From a virus (taxonomy: Duplodnaviria > Heunggongvirae > Uroviricota > Caudoviricetes): 21,811 nt of DNA. Where the stretch lies: positions 1 to 21,811 of IMG/VR virus record IMGVR_UViG_3300000571_000003. The stretch is one strand, 5' to 3'. A program made the position numbers and the translations under genes. Shown piece after piece: positions 20,701-21,811 of this stretch (within the stretch, counting starts at the first letter, position 1; each line of letters begins with the position of its first letter). Under the pieces are notes generated by a model. It did not search any database and was not told where the DNA came from. It was given only the letters and a program-made list of their open reading frames with translations.

Positions 20701-21811
20701 TTATCGTTGAATATTAAACACTCTATTCATTAATGCACTCTCAGGATTTGAATTTTTCTTTATATTTATATTTGTATTAACCTTTCCACCCCTATTAAAT
20801 CCTCTAGGATTTGCACCCCTCTGATCTAATACACCCTTCACAGTAGGCGGTGGACCTCCCCTCAAAAGATTTATAGGCCTTGAAGCTATTCCGTATCCCG
20901 AAGGTTCTGCGCCACCTGCACCTCCCATAGCCTGTTGCTGTTGCTGTTGCTGTTGCTGCTCTGCCATAACCTTCTCTACCCCTTTTGGAGCGACCATCTG
21001 CACTATCTGTGCCATCATTTCAGGAGATATAGCTCCACCCATTTCAACTCCTTCTGGCAATGGAATACCTTGTGGTTGTGGTTGAGCCATCTCTGCTCCT
21101 TGACCTTGTTGTTGCAACATCATAGCCTGTTCTTCAGGAGACATTTGTTGTTCTTGACTTTGCTCCATCCCTGGTTGCATACCCTGTTCTGCATTTTCTG
21201 CAGCAGCTATTGAATCTATACTCCAGCTCCAATCATATAAAACCTTAGTTGTAAGTTTCTTTGGATCAATAAATGGAAGATTAATAAGAAGCTGGAACAA
21301 ATCCATATCCTGTTTCTTCTTAACATCATTCATACCAGTTATAGATGGTATAACTGTAGCTTTATAATCAAACTTACCTTCAAGGTCATCTTTTTCTATA
21401 AGCGGATATGTTGGCTGACCATTCTCACCAAGGATCCTAATATACATTGGCTCTGTAAAGAATTGTCTCTCCATATCCATCCAATACCTCAAAACATCAC
21501 TAAATGCAGATCCTAAATGATTAATAAACAATCTGACACGTTCTAATGTTGATTCTCTAAGATGACGTACTTCAGTTGCACTGGCTCCTGCATTCCCAGT
21601 TCCCATTGAGAAATCATCAACACCAGAAGAATATCTCATATCTGCCTTCAAAAGATCTTCTTCTTTATACGCACTAGCCTTAATATCACTGAATTGAACC
21701 TCTCTAACGCCATTAGGATCAACAGAATATATAATACCAAATGGTCTTGTTACAAGTTCATCCTTATTAACATTAGCAAGAGGATTAACAATCCACATCT
21801 TATGAATACTC
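20701..21811 (-). CDS. Portal (head-tail connector) protein, C-terminal part; 5' end outside the window
   Basis: The frame stays open to the right edge. YSSGVDDFSMG...SATEV...FINHLG...IRILG...DLEGKFDY pattern resembles P22/T7-like portals; gene order portal-scaffold-MCP. Confidence 0.8.
   Translation of the reverse strand, partial: SIHKMWIVNPLANVNKDELVTRPFGIIYSVDPNGVREVQFSDIKASAYKEEDLLKADMRYSSGVDDFSMGTGNAGASATEVRHLRESTLERVRLFINHLGSAFSDVLRYWMDMERQFFTEPMYIRILGENGQPTYPLIEKDDLEGKFDYKATVIPSITGMNDVKKKQDMDLFQLLINLPFIDPKKLTTKVLYDWSWSIDSIAAAENAEQGMQPGMEQSQEQQMSPEEQAMMLQQQGQGAEMAQPQPQGIPLPEGVEMGGAISPEMMAQIVQMVAPKGVEKVMAEQQQQQQQQQAMGGAGGAEPSGYGIASRPINLLRGGPPPTVKGVLDQRGANPRGFNRGGKVNTNINIKKNSNPESALMNRVFNIQR
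20932..20958 (-). repeat. (CAGCAA)n microsatellite encoding Q9 in the portal tail
   Basis: Read directly from the sequence. Confidence 0.9.

Noticed and set aside
718-21213. Short opposite-strand or overlapping ORFs in the track (e.g. 718..921, 2191..2391, 4708..4911, 5036..5855, 7535..7777, 8106..8341, 9006..9288, 10761..11453, 12472..12834, 13087..14310, 15392..15682, 16696..16920, 18339..18593, 19424..19672, 20935..21213)
   Set aside because: They shadow longer, motif-bearing genes or intron cores and have no recognisable features.
1-21811. Stop-codon reassignment (code 15 or 25)
   Set aside because: TAA, TAG and TGA all terminate well-packed genes (e.g. 3969 TAA, 12445 TAG, 18524 TGA), and long ORFs are intact under the standard code.
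1-21811. tRNA, rRNA or tmRNA genes
   Set aside because: No cloverleaf/T-loop or rRNA-like segment was recognised by eye; tRNAscan-SE/ARAGORN would be needed to exclude them formally.

Overview
AT-rich segment of a tailed-phage (or prophage) morphogenesis operon, transcribed almost entirely on the - strand. Order from the right: portal 3' part, small basic ORFs, scaffold, major capsid protein (MCP), two head/virion proteins, a lectin-like repeat protein, a papain-like protease with two holin-like ORFs, a tail-collar-like protein, a free-standing HNH, an intein-containing methyltransferase, a glycosyltransferase, and two S/T-rich repeat fibre proteins. The last fibre gene (<1..2667) is missing from the ORF track. 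The main feature is the MCP gene: I reconstruct it by hand as 6 exons (1263 nt, 420 aa) interrupted by five group I introns (4760 nt), each carrying a LAGLIDADG endonuclease. Two of these endonucleases are antisense with their own sigma70-type promoters. Those same two introns lack the canonical 3'-terminal G in the splice register best supported by P10 pairing and reading frame. Just downstream of the MCP stop, an HNH ORF sits exactly in the loop of a 23-bp stem within a multi-hairpin, possibly pseudoknotted RNA that I cannot assign to a known family. All structures and splice sites are manual predictions; no searches or folding programs were run.
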